Source: Eledone cirrhosa (taxonomy: Eukaryota). From it: a stretch of 64,000 nt of DNA. Under the pieces are notes generated by a model, which made no database searches, had not been told where the DNA came from, and saw nothing but the letters and a program-made list of their open reading frames with translations. Positions 37,429-51,570 of this stretch are shown piece after piece (the first letter of the stretch is position 1; every line of letters starts with the position of its first letter). A program made the translations under genes and the position numbers. The stretch is taken from NCBI GenBank assembly GCA_964016885.1, contig OZ024740.1, positions 142,972,001 to 143,036,000 on the forward strand. Direction: 5' to 3'.

Positions 37429-37494
37429 TATTTCATTATATATATTTCGGGGATATCATATTAACAATATGCTATGCCTTCATCAGACAAAATA
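37429..37494 (-). ncRNA. Minimal type I hammerhead in the 5' pLTR (other copies at about 33539-33604 minus, and truncated at about 39419-39466 plus)
   Basis: tattttgt-CTGATGA-stem II (catatt/aatatg hairpin)-GAAA-tatata-TA-atgaaata; 8-bp stem I with two G-U pairs. Confidence 0.75.
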
Positions 37495-39463
37495 CAATAT
37501 AAACAGTTTTATAGATAAATAGATTCGACATACCGTTATAACACCGACTTCATTTGAAGAGGTTTAAGCTGGCAGTGAAAAAATTTTACACAGAGAGAAA
37601 GAAAGAGAGAAAACAGAAAGAAAGACAGAAAACGAAGAAAAGGAAGAAAAAGAAGAGAAAGAGGAAATGCATGGAACAAAATAGAGAGATGGAAAGATAG
37701 ATAAAGCGAAGAACTTCATGTAAAGAAACAGAAAGATATATATATATAGAGAGAGAGAGGAAATAGAGATAGATACATATATATATAGAAAATTAGGTAG
37801 TGGGAGGTCATTTTGAGTAAATGTATCAATGATACGTTTATTTATTTATTTATTTATTTAGCTCAAGTATTAATGCAAGGGAGATATATATAGAGAGAAA
37901 AAATATAGAGAGAGGAAAAAAATAGCGAGAGAAAAAATTTAAAAATAGCCAGATATATTCGAGGCGTAAAAACCCTATGTTTTAATGTATTAGTATTTAT
38001 AAAACTTACACTATATTGTAAATATCAGTATTCCTGAATGAGACAAGTATCCATAATGTGTGAAAATTAATTATCTTATGTTTAGTTTTAAAAAATTCAT
38101 ATGTTTATGTGACAGCTACAAACATCCATGCGAATCCAACTGATTCACTCTGCAAACTCTAAGTTCACGGAAAACATTCTCAATGTGGTATAAAAATTTG
38201 AGCATACAAATATGTGTATTATTATTCCTGTCATTACTCTACAAGATTATCTATCAAGCAGAAATAGAGAGCAGATTTCAATATACTAATAAAAATATAT
38301 ATCATAAACAAAACTAAAAATAAAAAGATAACAATAATAATAATAAGTAAAATATAGAATAGAAAACTAAAAAAATATTACGAAAGAATATTACATAATA
38401 AAAATATTATATATTAAACATACTACGTATTAAAAAAATTACGTATTAAAAATTTACATATTAAAGATATTAAAAATAAAATTAAAATAAAAAATATTAT
38501 AGAATACTACAATAATAAAAATAAAAATAAAAATAAAAATAAAAATAAACCACAAAGATCAACCCTTCAAAGTTAATTGACAATATATTGCCAAGTTCAA
38601 TATATTTCCAAGTAAAAAATCTTCAACGGCACTATCAGGCGTACTCTGGCAACTTAAGCTAGATAACGTTAGATATTCGACGGCTTGGAATATAGTCTCA
38701 AGAGGGATTCCTTTTAATTCATCCTCTGAGACATGTGACCTCTGCGCAGAGGAGATATTCTTTATACTAAAATCTAAAAATTCCCTTAACCTACGGACAA
38801 ATTTATTCAGTTGTTGCAAACATAGATTAAACTCAACGTTTAAATATAAATTTAAATTTAAAATGTAGTATATTTAGTTTGATTTATATTTATATGGGAA
38901 ACTAGCCGATAAATTTTTGACTCCTAAATCTTTGATTCCTTCTTTTTACTCTTTTTTTATTGTTTATTTTTATTTTATTTTTATCTAAACATTCCTCATG
39001 AAAAATTAAGCTACCCTAAAAGCTGATGCTCCAAATTTTTTGAATAAACCTTACACTAGATAAACTTCTATATTAAATATAAGAACATATGTAGACCTAA
39101 TTGGACATCATAATCTTTTTGAAATGATCTTTGCTAGATGTGATTTGATAGATAATTTATAGCTTTGTCTTGTAATGAACTTGGCAATATATTGTCAATT
39201 AACTTTGAAGGGTTGATCTTTGTGGTTTATTTTTATTTTTATGCATTTCCTCTTTCTCTTCTTTTTCTTCCTTTTCTTCGTTTTCTGTCTTTCTTTCTGT
39301 TTTCTCTCTTTCTTTCTCTCTGTGTAAAATTTTTTCACTGCCAGCTTAAACCTCTTCAAATGAAGTCGGTGTTATAACGGTATGTCGAATCTATTTATCT
39401 ATAAAACTGTTTATATTGTATTTTGTCTGATGAAGGCATAGCATATTGTTAATATGATATCCC

Positions 39464-39497
<34 letters not shown>

Positions 39498-39574
39498 TAG
39501 CAGATTTACCGTTGCTCGAGGTTTGAAATTATGCTAAGAATATACAGCTAGGAAGTAAAAGAAGAACATTATTG

Positions 39575-39755
39575 GTGGATTGGCAGTATCGGTAGAGGGT
39601 CGGACGCCATGCTTTGAAGCATAGAGTTACCTCCCTGTATGATCTGAGTTCAAATCCCGCCGAGGTTAACTTTCATCCTTCCGGGGTCGATGAAATAAAG
39701 TACCAGTAATGCACTGGTTAATTGCTGGCCTTGTGCCAAAAGTAGAAACAATTAT
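39575..39755 (+). mobile_element. SINE family A copy
   Basis: A and B boxes plus core. Confidence 0.85.
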
Positions 39756-40082
39756 TTGTCCCCAATCTGTCAAAATAAGCAGAAGTCTTCAATAACTAAT
39801 GCAAACGAATATATTTGGTGAAAAGGTTTACTCCTTTTTTTATAAGGATTGTCAATAAAGTTTGTTATCTCCCTTACATCAATTTTTCTACCGATAATTT
39901 TGATATCGATTTTTTATTGCTCAACGTGGGTCGATTTGAAAAATGTTTGTGATGTAACAATCTTATCGACCTGTGCAACGTGCACAGAAAATTTCGTCAA
40001 ATTTAGTTAGTAATTGTGAAAGCCTTATGCATGCCAAGTTGTACACAGACATACACACATCCTCGCTTTTATATATATAAAG

Positions 40083-40231
<149 letters not shown>

Positions 40232-40323
40232 TACACCACCTTCACCACTAATTGATTTGACAGATGTCTTTAACGCATTGATACCAAAAATTATTTGGTC
40301 AGTAGTTCGTGTGTATGTGTAAG

Positions 40324-40354
<31 letters not shown>

Positions 40355-40716
40355 GTGCTTGTGTCTGTATATGTATGTTTGTATGCATGAATGAATACAC
40401 TAAGCTTTAAATTTAGTAGAATGTACAACCACTTATTCCAGCTGTTAGCACTATCATATATGTGGTTTCTATTAATTCCCTGGGAAATTGGTTGACCAAA
40501 TGTTTTGCTTAATTGTTTCCTTTCTTTTAAAAAAAAAATTATTCTTTTCCTTAGACTTCAGTTATTTTTTGAAATCAAAGCATTGGTCCCTAAGATACTA
40601 CAGTGAGCCCCGCAATGCTACTGTGGGCTCCTGCAATGCTACTGTGGGACACCTAGGGCCCACATGCCATTGGGCAACCTTGTCAATCCGCCACTGGTTG
40701 TATACATAACATTATA

Positions 40717-41120
40717 TGGCAGTATCGGTAGAGGGTCGGACACAATGCTTTGACGCATAGAGTTACGTCCCTTTATGATCTGAGTTCAAATTCCGCCGAG
40801 GTTAACTTTGCCTTTCATCCTTACTAGGTCGATAAAATAAAGTACCGGTAATGTACTGGTTAATTGCTGGCCTTGTGCCTAAAATAGAAACAATTATTAA
40901 TTGTTTATAATGTTATAATGTCAATAGCGGTGGATTGGCAGTATCGGTAGAGGGTCGGACGCCATGCTTTACAGCAAAGAGTTACGGCGCTTTATGGTCT
41001 GAGTTCAAATCCCGCCGAGGTTAACTTTGCCTTTCTTCCTTACGGGGTCGATAAAATAAAGTACCAGTAACGTATTGAGTATTTGCTGGCCTTGTGCCAA
41101 AAGTAGAAACAATTATTAAT
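40717..41120 (+). mobile_element. Two tandem SINE family A copies
   Basis: Copies at about 40717-40900 and 40930-41120. Confidence 0.85.
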
Positions 41121-41125
41121 TGTTT

Positions 41126-44100
41126 CAGAGGCCTATACTATCGCTTGCCTGGTTGCCTTTCGATATATGATGGATGGATGGACTGCGGAATCCTGGAGGG
41201 TGGAGGAGAGAGAGAAAAATCTGGACGCTCAGCGACAATGCCAAAGATAAAGATAAAGACAAATTCACCTCGTGGACGAGAATGCGAGCACTCCTCATTG
41301 TTTCGACCGCGGACGGCTAACATAACCCCATCACCCCCGCCCCCAACCCCCAAACGCAATCCAAAACTTCAGAGTTGGTACCATAAATGTAGGCACCCTA
41401 AAGAGTCGCGCTAACGAGGTTGTAGAAATGCTTGAACGTAAGGAGGTCGATGTTTGTTGTATTCAAGAGACCAGGTGGAGGGGTGTGTCTGCTAGATTCA
41501 TTGAGGGTAAAAATCGATGTTATAAGCTTTTCTGGGTGGGAAACGACGATGGGCTGGGTGGAGTAGGAATCATGGTAGCAGAAAAGTGGGCAGATAAGAT
41601 AATAGACGTAAATAGAGTGAACGACAGAATAATTAAAATACGACTTGTCCTCAATAGAACTACGGTGACAGTAATATCTGCGTACGCACCCCAATCCGGA
41701 CTTCCCGGCACTATAAAAGACAGATTCTATGAGACACTGATGCTAACTACCTCCCAAATATCCGACAGTGACTATATAATTATTGCAGGCGACCTAAATG
41801 GTCACGTTGGACAACATTGTGACGGCTACGACGAAATCCATGGAGGCTATGGGTTTGGTACTAGAAATGAGGAAGGCTCCAGAATCCTGGAATTCTGTGA
41901 TGCAAATAACCTGACTATCTGTAACACTAACTTCAAAAAACGTGACAATCACCTGATCACCTATAGATCCGGGGAACACACAAGCCAGGTAGATTATATC
42001 CTTACCAGAAGACGTGACAGAGTGTCTGTTGTAAACACTAAATCCCTCCCCCATGAAGAATGCACCTCCCAACAGAGACTGATAATTAGCGACCTCATAG
42101 TCAGGACGAGACGTACTCGACAGCAGAAGAGGACTATCCCCAGGAGAAAAATATGAAAGCTAAAGGACCCCACAGCCAGGAATAAATTTCAAAGCATATT
42201 ACTTGATGCTTTCGACAGTAAGGAAGAACATTTAGAGTCGGACAATATAGAGGGAGAGTGGGAATTTCTGAAAGCAAACCTGCTGTTGACGACAGACGAA
42301 GTCTGTGGCTGGAGCAGGCCTGTAGGCAGGAGGAGAGTAACATGGTGGTGGAACAGTAAGGTGGAGGGGTCAATTAAGGCCAAAAAGCAGGCTTGGAAAG
42401 TATGGCGGGATGGGGGAAGTAGAGAAGACTATCAAGTGGCCAGGAGGGAAGCTAGGAGAGAAGTGTACTTAGCAAGAAGGGAAGCTGAGGAAAGAAAGTT
42501 CAAGCATGTTCTACAACGCGATGACCAAAAACGTGAGGTGTTCAGGATTGCTAGGCAATGCGTCAAGGAAAACCGTGATATTGTCGGGGAGAAGTGTGTA
42601 CTAAACGACGATGGCACACTTGCCATTACCGACGCTGATAAGAAGGTAGCTTGGAAGTGTCACTATGAAAGGCTACTAAATGAGGAGAATAAATGGGAGA
42701 AAGACAGTCTCCCCCATATCGACCCAATAGAGGGACCAGCAGTGTTAGTCGAGGGGAGTATAATAAGTAAGGCAATCAAGGATATGAAGACGGGTAAGGC
42801 GGCTGGGCCTTCGGAAATAGTTGCTGAGATGCTGAAGGCATCTGGCACGGTGGGACACACCATGGTCACCCGCATAGTTAACCAAGTCGTACAGAATGGG
42901 GTTGTTCCGAAGGACTGGCATAGCAGCATCATCGTTAACTGTTATAAGGGTAAAGGAGACGCCCTAGATAGGAGTAACTATAGAGGCATTAAATTAATCG
43001 ACCAGGTCATGAAGGTCACGGAAAAAGTAATAGCACAACTAATCAGAGAGAAAATTGACCTAGATGAAATGCAGTTCGGGTTTGTGTCAGGCAAAAGTAC
43101 CACCGACGCTCTTTTCATTGTACGACAACTACAGGAGAAGTACCTAGCTAAAGGTAAACCCCTCTACTTAGCTTTTGTCGACTTGGAGAAAGCCTTCGAC
43201 TGAGTCCCCCGCTCCATTATCTGGTGGGCTCTTAGAAAACTAGGCGTTGACGAATGGCTTGTGAGAGCTATACAAGCCATGTATAAAGAAACAGTCAGCA
43301 AGGTTAGAATTAACAACGAATATAGTGAAGAGTTTAGCGTAAAAGTTGGCGTCCATCAGGGCTCTGTTCTCAGCCCCCTACTATTTATTATTGCCCTTCA
43401 GGCTATAACAGAGGAGTTCAAGACCGGCTGCCCATGGGAACTCCTATACGCAGACGACCTGACACTCATAGCGGAATCAATGGCCGAGCTAGAGAAGAAA
43501 TTCCAAACATGGAAGCACGGCCTAGAATCAAAAGGCCTTAAAATTAACCTGGCTAAGACTAAAGTTCTAGTTTGTAGGAAAGAAAATAAGGCGGCGGTCC
43601 CTTCTGGGAAATGGTCGTACTCGGTGTGTAGGAAAGGCGTAGGTAGAAACTCCATTTTATGTCCTAAATGCAAAGTATGGGTGCATAAAAGATGTAGTGG
43701 GATCACAGGTAAGCTAACTAAGAACATAGATTTTACATGTGGCCGGTGCTCTGGTGCAATAAGTAGCAGCAAGTGCCCACAAAATACTAGCTCTTTCAAT
43801 TGCGCAGAGGGTTCTATAGAAATAGTGGACAGTTTCCGTTACCTGGGTGATAAAATCAGCAGTGGGGGAGGGTGCTCTGAAAGTACAGTAGCTAGAGTCA
43901 GAACTGGTTGGAAAAAGTTCAGAGAGCTTATACCACTATTAGCTGCTAAAGGGTTCTCCCTAAAAATGAAAGGCAGGTTGTACGATGCCTGCATACGAAC
44001 AGCAATGTTGCATGGCAGTGAGACCTGGGCATTGTGTGCAGAGGATATACGCAGACTAGAGAGAAACGAAGCTTGCATGCTCCGCTGGATGTGTAACAGT

Positions 44101-44805
44101 AATATACGTGAACGGCAAAGCATAAACGAACTAAGGAAAAAATTAGAAATAAGAGGGATCAGATGTTGTTTACTCGAGAGAAGGCTACGTTGGTATGGAC
44201 ACGTGATGCGCATGAAAGTCGATAGCTGTATAACAAAGTGCAGGGCAATAAAGATAGACGGTAGCCACGGAATAGGCAGACCTAGAAAAACCTGGGACGA
44301 GCTGATAAACTCCGACCTCACACACTTACACCTCTCCAAGACAATGTCACTGGACCGAGACCTTTGGCGGTACTCAGTAACAGAGAAGACCCGCCTTACC
44401 TAAATACATAGTAAAACCTACTACAGCCAGTAGGCATCTCTAACAAAATACCCAACCCCCCCGTCCCACCACCCCCGCCCCATCCACGCCACCCCGTTCT
44501 ATGTAAAGTTGTGTTGGTGCCACACCATCCAGGCCGAAACAAATGAGATCGTGTAGGTGTCACGACAAAAAAACACACAGTCCACGCTGTAATGTGGCCG
44601 TGTAGGCAACACGGTAAAAACCTCCCAGACCCACACTGTAAATGTGATTGGTGTTAGGAAGGGCATCCAACTGTAGAAAACCTGCCAGACAGTCCTATGC
44701 GAGCAAGACAATCACTCTTGCCTCAAGTGGGACTACCCCCGTCCAAACCCATGCAAGTGTGGAACACGGACGTTAAACGTTGATGATGATGATGATGATG
44801 ATGAT
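41126..44805 (+). mobile_element. Near full-length RTE-clade LINE (APE-RT with an inserted PHD-like finger), disrupted by stops and frameshifts
   Basis: IQETRW, SAYAPQ, GDLNGHVG, QVDYI; NYRGIKL, QFGF, FVDLEKAFD, HQGSVLSP, YADD; (TGA)n tail; breaks near 42156 and at 43201. Confidence 0.93.
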
Positions 44806-46141
44806 GAATTCTTACAGAATGAAGATACAAACACACATAATTAATACAACTAATTATTGCTAGGAACCTCATAAATATAATGCACAAAAATATATGACCA
44901 AAGCAAGAGAAAAACAAACATCAATTCAGCACCAAGTTCGACAATCGGCGACCCACCACAAGGGTCAACGGAAAATTTTGAGGCAAGCCAACACGCCCGC
45001 GCCATTACCGTGGCTAAACCGCTGAAACAACCTGTTATTTGATAGTTCCCTGTATTTTAGAATTTTATTCCGTTCGGCAACGGAACTAGTGACCCTAACA
45101 TTTACCGCGACAATCATGATGTGGGAGGAAGCCAAAGAGTCGCTGACTGTGGTGTCCCAGACGAGACATCTGCCTCCAACCCAGGGACAAAGTATAAGAC
45201 CACTTGATCTCTTCCTATCAATTCTGGATAATCCAGCCGGATCCAAAACTGAGAGGATATTTACAGGAGCTAGGACTCGCTTAATGATTAGGTTTAGCTG
45301 GGTGTGGCAGGCGAATCGACCATCACTTAGACGGCAAGACAAACCATGGGGCCTGTAGAGCTGCGGGACTTACCACAGCCACATCTCAGACCCCCACAGA
45401 CATCGGCTCCCACTCGGAGTGCAATAAGTTAAAATGTGATGATAGCGGTACTGAAGAAATTCTTAATTCAAATGCTCCTAATAGTTGGAGAAATAGAAAA
45501 CAGTTGTTGTTAAGTCCCGGTCGGCCTTGTTAAAGCAAACCTATGATTAAAGGCATGCCCGTCGTGACCACTTCGTTTTTTGTTGTTGTTTCTTTTCGCA
45601 GTATACCTAGGACTACCTTATCAAACGTATTCTTCCGTGTTTAATGTAGTAGGGTGGTGTGATAAAAGAGATCTGGCTGCTACTTCTAGCTTAGATGTGC
45701 CCCCTTCTTCGGCGTGTATAAAAAACAATTGTTTAGCCTCAAGTGGGCCTAGATTGAGCAGATATATCATCAGACATTCTAGACTTCCCGTGGTCTTTTC
45801 TATTTTAAGACGGTAATGTGTGATTCGAAACAGATATGGCTGCTATTTCTAGCAAGACGAGTGACTACGTATAGATTGCTTCGTTGGCAGGTGAACAACT
45901 GTTTATGTTTGTAACGTAACACACACGCATGCGCGTACACACACATATTGGTGTCTGTACGATTGATGGCGACAGCTAATAATATACTTAATACGTCACC
46001 CAATTTAACACCACCTTGGGTGCTGCAACTATTTGTACATGAGGACAGATTTCTTTCTGCCTCCCACTAGTTACTGAGGCCATCAAAGCAGCAATGAGTG
46101 CTGCCCTTCTTCCTCTGATTATGCCATTCAAATATAAAATA
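44806..46141 (+). repeat. 1.34-kb direct duplication, copy 1 (contains a minus-strand CRE-like fragment at 44965-45480)
   Basis: Nearly identical to 47526-48862; CRE RLE motifs HTQLNLIIKR..GLSRIDRKR..PW..LVWD. Confidence 0.92.
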
Positions 46142-46481
46142 TAAAAATATATATACAGTAATCATTACATCACAAACATGTAATATATTTCAAATTGGAA
46201 CAAATTTAAATATATAATAGGACTGAAGATTATGTGTAGTTGACTGAGTATAAGGGTAGATAATCACAGTAATTAATTGATTTAATTAAACAAAATTGAA
46301 GTTATTGATTGAATACAATAATTTTCTTTTTAAAGAAGTGTTTTAATTAATTTTTTTTTAATATTCTCTCTCCTAATGTTTAAATAACGCCAAATATAGT
46401 GACATCTTGAATAGACGGCCTATTTTACAAAGGACGACTTAATTTCCGTGATCACCAAAGAGAAAAAGTAAACAAGACAAT

Positions 46482-47261
46482 ATGGCTGCCAACATACAGC
46501 CTATGTGTCAATTCTGGAAAGAGTTCGATTTAGCCGAATTACAAAAGAATCTAGACACAACAGCTACAGTCATCGCCAACAGACAAGATGAGAGTGACGC
46601 CAGTCGTAAAAAACTTGTTGATTTGAGTCGAGATTTTAAAAAGAACACCCCGGAAGACATACGGAAGGTGGTAGCACCCCTGTTGCGTAGTTTTCAAGGC
46701 GAAATCGATGCTCTCTCGAAGAGGAGTAAATTCGGTGAAACTGCTTTTCTGTCTGTCTATAGGAGACTTATTGACTTGCCAGACCCTGTACCAATCCTTG
46801 AGCATGCAATCAGCATCCAGAAGAAAGCTCAAAAAGTCCAAGATTTCGAGATTGAAAACAAACAACTTAGAGAAACACTTACAGATTACAACCACGAATT
46901 TGCTGAGGTGAAAAATCAAGAGGTGACGATTAAACAACTGAGAGAAAAGTTGAAGGAATATGAGGAACGAATTGAAGCTACAGTGGATGCCAGAGTTAAG
47001 GAGAAAGAAAAAGAAGTCCAAAAGAGTTTTGCTGAAAAAGAACGCCAACTACAAGAGACACAATTGGCCGTGGCTAAAAAACTCGGAGAAGCTGAACAAA
47101 AGGTGTCAATCCTTCACAGTAATTTAGAGTCTGTCCAGTCTGAATTGTTTGATGTTAAGGCTAAATACGATGAGGCAACCGCTGCTAAATCTGACGAGAC
47201 TGATATGCTTATGGCAGACCTGGAGAGAGCAAATGAAAGAGCAGCGGCAGTGGAACGACAG
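46482..47261 (+). CDS. CUX1: Protein CASP / CUX1 N-terminal coiled coil, coding exon 1
   Basis: [50 protein letters not shown] matches the CUX1/CASP N-terminus; donor CAG|GTTAGT at 47262; phase 0. Confidence 0.92.
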
Positions 47262-47525
47262 GTTAGTATATCATTATAATAGTATATCTTTATGCCCGAG
47301 GTTAACTTTGCCTTTCATCCTTACGGGGTCGATAAAATAAAGTACCAGTAATGCACTGGGATAATTGCTGGCCTTGTGCCAAAAGTAGAAATAATTATTA
47401 ATTGGCCCCTAAGATACTACAGTGAGCCCCGCAATGCTACTGTGGGTCCCCTAGGGTCCACATGCCATTGGGCAACCTGGTCAGTCCGCCACTGGTGGTA
47501 TACATAACATTATTAATTGTTTATA

Positions 47526-48862
47526 ATTCTTACAGAATGAAGATACAAACACACATAATTAATACAACTAATTATTGCTAGGAACCTCATAAATATAATG
47601 CACAAAAATATATGACCAAAGCAAGAGAAAAACAAACATCAATTCAGCACCAAGTTCGACAATCGGCGACCCACCACAAGGGTCAACGGAAAATTTTGAG
47701 GCAAGCCAACACGCCCGCGCCATTACCGTGGCTAAACCGCTGAAACAACCTGTTATTTGATAGTTCCCTGTATTTTAGAATTTTATTCCGTTCGGCAACG
47801 GAACTAGTGACCCTAACATTTACCGCGACAATCATGATGTGGGAGGAAGCCAAAGAGTCGCTGACTGTGGTGTCCCAGACGAGACATCTGCCTCCAACCC
47901 AGGGACAAAGTATAAGACCACTTGATCTCTTCCTATCAATTCTGGATAATCCAGCCGGATCCAAAACTGAGAGGATATTTACAGGAGCTAGGACTCGCTT
48001 AATGATTAGGTTTAGCTGGGTGTGGCAGGCGAATCGACCATCACTTAGACGGCAAGACAAACCATGGGGGCCTGTAGAGCTGCGGGACTTACCACAGCCA
48101 CATCTCAGACCCCCACAGACATCGGCTCCCACTCGGAGTGCAATAAGTTAAAATGTGATGATAGCGGTACTGAAGAAATTCTTAATTCAAATGCTCCTAA
48201 TAGTTGGAGAAATAGAAAACAGTTGTTGTTAAGTCCCGGTCGGCCTTGTTAAAGCAAACCTATGATTAAAGGCATGCCCGTCGTGACCACTTCGTTTTTT
48301 GTTGTTGTTTTTTTTCGCAGTATACCTAGGACTACCTTATCAAACGTATTCTTCCGTGTTTAATGTAGTAGGGTGGTGTGATAAAAGAGATCTGGCTGCT
48401 ACTTCTAGCTTAGATGTGCCCCCTTCTTCGGCGTGTATAAAAAACAATTGTTTAGCCTCAAGTGGGCCTAGATTGAGCAGATATATCATCAGACATTCTA
48501 GACTTCCCGTGGTCTTTTCTATTTTAAGACGGTAATGTGTGATTCGAAACAGATATGGCTGCTATTTCTAGCAAGACGAGTGACTACGTATAGATTGCTT
48601 CGTTGGTAGGTGAACAACTGTTTATGTTTTTAACGTAACACACACGCGTGCGCGTACACACACATATTGGTGTCTGTACGATTGATGGCGACAGCTAATA
48701 ATATACTTAATACGTCACCCAATTTAACACCACCTTGGGTGCTGCAACTATTTGTACATGAGGACAGATTTCTTTCTGCCTCCCACTAGTTACTGAGGCC
48801 ATCAAAGCAGCAATGAGTGCTGCCCTTCTTCCTCTGATTATGCCATTCAAATATAAAATATA
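47526..48862 (+). repeat. 1.34-kb direct duplication, copy 2 (in CASP intron 1)
   Basis: Nearly identical to 44806-46141. Confidence 0.92.
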
Positions 48863-48863
48863 C

Positions 48864-50128
48864 TGAGTTCAAATCCCGCCGAGGTTAACTTTGCCTTTCA
48901 TCCTTATGGGGTCGATATAATAAAGTACCAGTAATGCACTGGGTAATTGCTGGCCTTGTGCCAAAAAGTAGAAACAATTATTAGGTTGGTAAAGGCAGTG
49001 GATTGGCAGTATCGGTAGAGGGTCGGACGCCAAGCATAGAGTTACGGCCCTTGCCATTCTGAGTTCAAATCCCACCGAGGTTAACTTTGTCTTTCATCCT
49101 TACGGGGTCGATTAAATAAAGTACCAGTAATACACTGGGATAATTGCTAGCCTTGTGCTAAAAGTAGAAACAATTATTAGGTTGGTATGGATAACACCAA
49201 AGTCTCTCTAGTTCTCTTTACCCCCTCCTCCTCTATAAAATAAGTTTGTTTATTACAAACAACATTGTGCCACATTATACACCCACGTAAACTTCTATAA
49301 ACCTATATTAAAGAGACAGTAAAATCATCTGTATAGGGTATTTTAATTAAAGAAGAGAATGCAATAAATAATAAAATAATCAAAAAAATTAACTAAATAT
49401 TCGCTCAAAACCATTATCACCTATATGACTTTTTCTAAGATAGTAAGATGTGATTTTAGGGAAATTCAACTGCTACATCTAGCATATCAAGCGACCTCAT
49501 AGAGCCTTCCTCATTGGCTGGCACACCTTTCTGAGTGAATCTCTAAGGAGATGCATGAGCGAAAGTTTTGTATGTGCTGAAAGGTAATCTGTGCTGTAAA
49601 AAAAATGAATAAATCAGCATATATATATATATACACTTATGTTTAAAATGTTGACTAATCAGAGTTGTGTGTTCAATACACCAATCAGTGAATGCTGATG
49701 TTTTGGCAGTGTCGGTAGAGGGTTGGACGCCATGCTTTCTAGCAGTCTCAGTTCAAATCCCGCCAAGGTTAACTTTGCCTTTCATCCTTACGGGGTCGAT
49801 AAAATAAAGTACCAGTAATGTACTGGGTAATTGCTGGCCGTGTGCCTAAAGTAGAAACAGTTATTAGAATTAAGCACTCAACGTCATGTGTATTCTTCCA
49901 ACTACGACTTGTGAGTCCATGGACGGAGTATACTTACAATTATTGTTTCTACTTTTGGTACAAGGCCAGCAATTATTCCAGTGTATTACTGGTGCTTTAT
50001 TTTATCGAACCCGTAAGGATGAAAGGCAAAGTTAACCACGGCAGGATTTGAACCCAGAACGTAAAGGGCCATAACTCTATGCCGCAAAGCATGGTGTCTG
50101 ACGCTCTACCGATACTGCCAATCCACCA
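48864..50128. mobile_element. Cluster of SINE family A copies
   Basis: About 48864-48981 (+), 48998-49178 (+), 49704-49865 (+), 49938-50128 (-); another partial copy at about 47296-47400. Confidence 0.85.
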
Positions 50129-50661
50129 AGTATACTTACAAACATGATGATTGCATAGGTCAGATTAGGCAAGATTTGAACCAATTAGCTGACCATTCAA
50201 ATTGTCATATTTAGTACACTATTCATTCATATTTCACAAATGATGTATCAAAATGTCCAAGAAAAAGTACAGTCGAAGTTAGATTTAAAATATTTTCAAA
50301 AATTAGTTTTTGAAATTCATAAAAAATAACATTATGAATGTGTTCTTTACTTGGAGTGAACATGGTGCCAATACAACAACTTCAATAAAGATAAATTTGT
50401 CAATATCTGAAAGAAAACGAAACAGTGATTTCGGCATATTTCAAATATAATTGAGAAGTTAGACACCTTTAAATCTAATTCAAAATTTACTTTACAAAAA
50501 AACATGAAATTTTTGTTACAACCTGATGAATAAGGTTTGACATCAGTAAGAGTATCCAGTCAAAGAATGCTTTCTCAAAAAGGTCTCATTAACCCATGCC
50601 ACCATGGAAAAGTGGATATCAATAAGAAGTTGCTTTGAGAAGATGGTGCACAGAAAACAGT

Positions 50662-50993
50662 AATCATCATCATTTTACATCCGCTTTTCCCTGCTTGCAA
50701 GTATAGGACAGGAATTGATTTTGGCTTGATTTCTACAGCTGGATGCCCTTCCTAACACCAACCACATTTACAGTGAGTGCTGGGTGCTTTTTTACCGTGG
50801 CACCTCCACGACCACTTTGCAGTGGAATGATAGGGACCCCAGTCCCTATCATCTCTTTTCTACAGCTGAGTAAACTGGAGCAATGTGAAATAAAGTGTCT
50901 TACTCAAGGAAACAACACATCACCCAGTCTGAGAATTGAACTCACAACCTTTCGATTGCAAGGCCAATGCTCTAACCACTAAGCCATGTGCCT
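50662..50993 (-). mobile_element. tRNA-derived SINE family B with an RTE-derived tail
   Basis: tRNA head gaggcacatggcttagtggttagagc..gagttcaattc; tail ggtgttaggaagggcatccagctgtagaaa shared with the RTE 3' UTR. Confidence 0.85.
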
Positions 50994-51570
50994 CTATATA
51001 TATATATATATAATTTATATTAGGCTATTTACCAATAGGTAGAACCAGTGGTTTGGGTTGGTAAACGATGATGCAACAAATTAATTAAATCACTCAACGT
51101 TATGCAAATCATCCATCGTAGATGTGGTATCCAGTGGTTGGAGCAGGAACCGAGTAAAATATTCATTAAAACAACAGAAAACTGGACTGGAAAATTTACT
51201 TTAGAATTTTAATTCCATGAAAGTTCTACACATATTTTGATGGCCCAACTCTATCATCCAATTATGATGCAAGACAACACGATTTCATCAGGTGTTATTT
51301 GCAGAATTATGTAACAGGATTACATTGAATCCAAACATAGAATAGAAGATAGGAGATAGGAGAAAAAATATAGAAGACAGAAAATAGAAAATTTGATTCG
51401 GGGACAGCCTGCAAATATGGAGTTATATCGATAGCAGACGGTTCCTGTTATTATACTATAATATGGGGCTAACTGATGAGGGATGTGCAGACTACATTTT
51501 AGTCGATCGGCTGGGATGCAGATAAAATGAAGCACTCAACGACCTGTATAATGGTACAAGCTGGAGCATT

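Noticed and set aside
41126-41330. HDV-like ribozyme at the RTE 5' end
   Set aside because: Could not fold a nested double pseudoknot by eye; needs an RNArobo or Infernal search.
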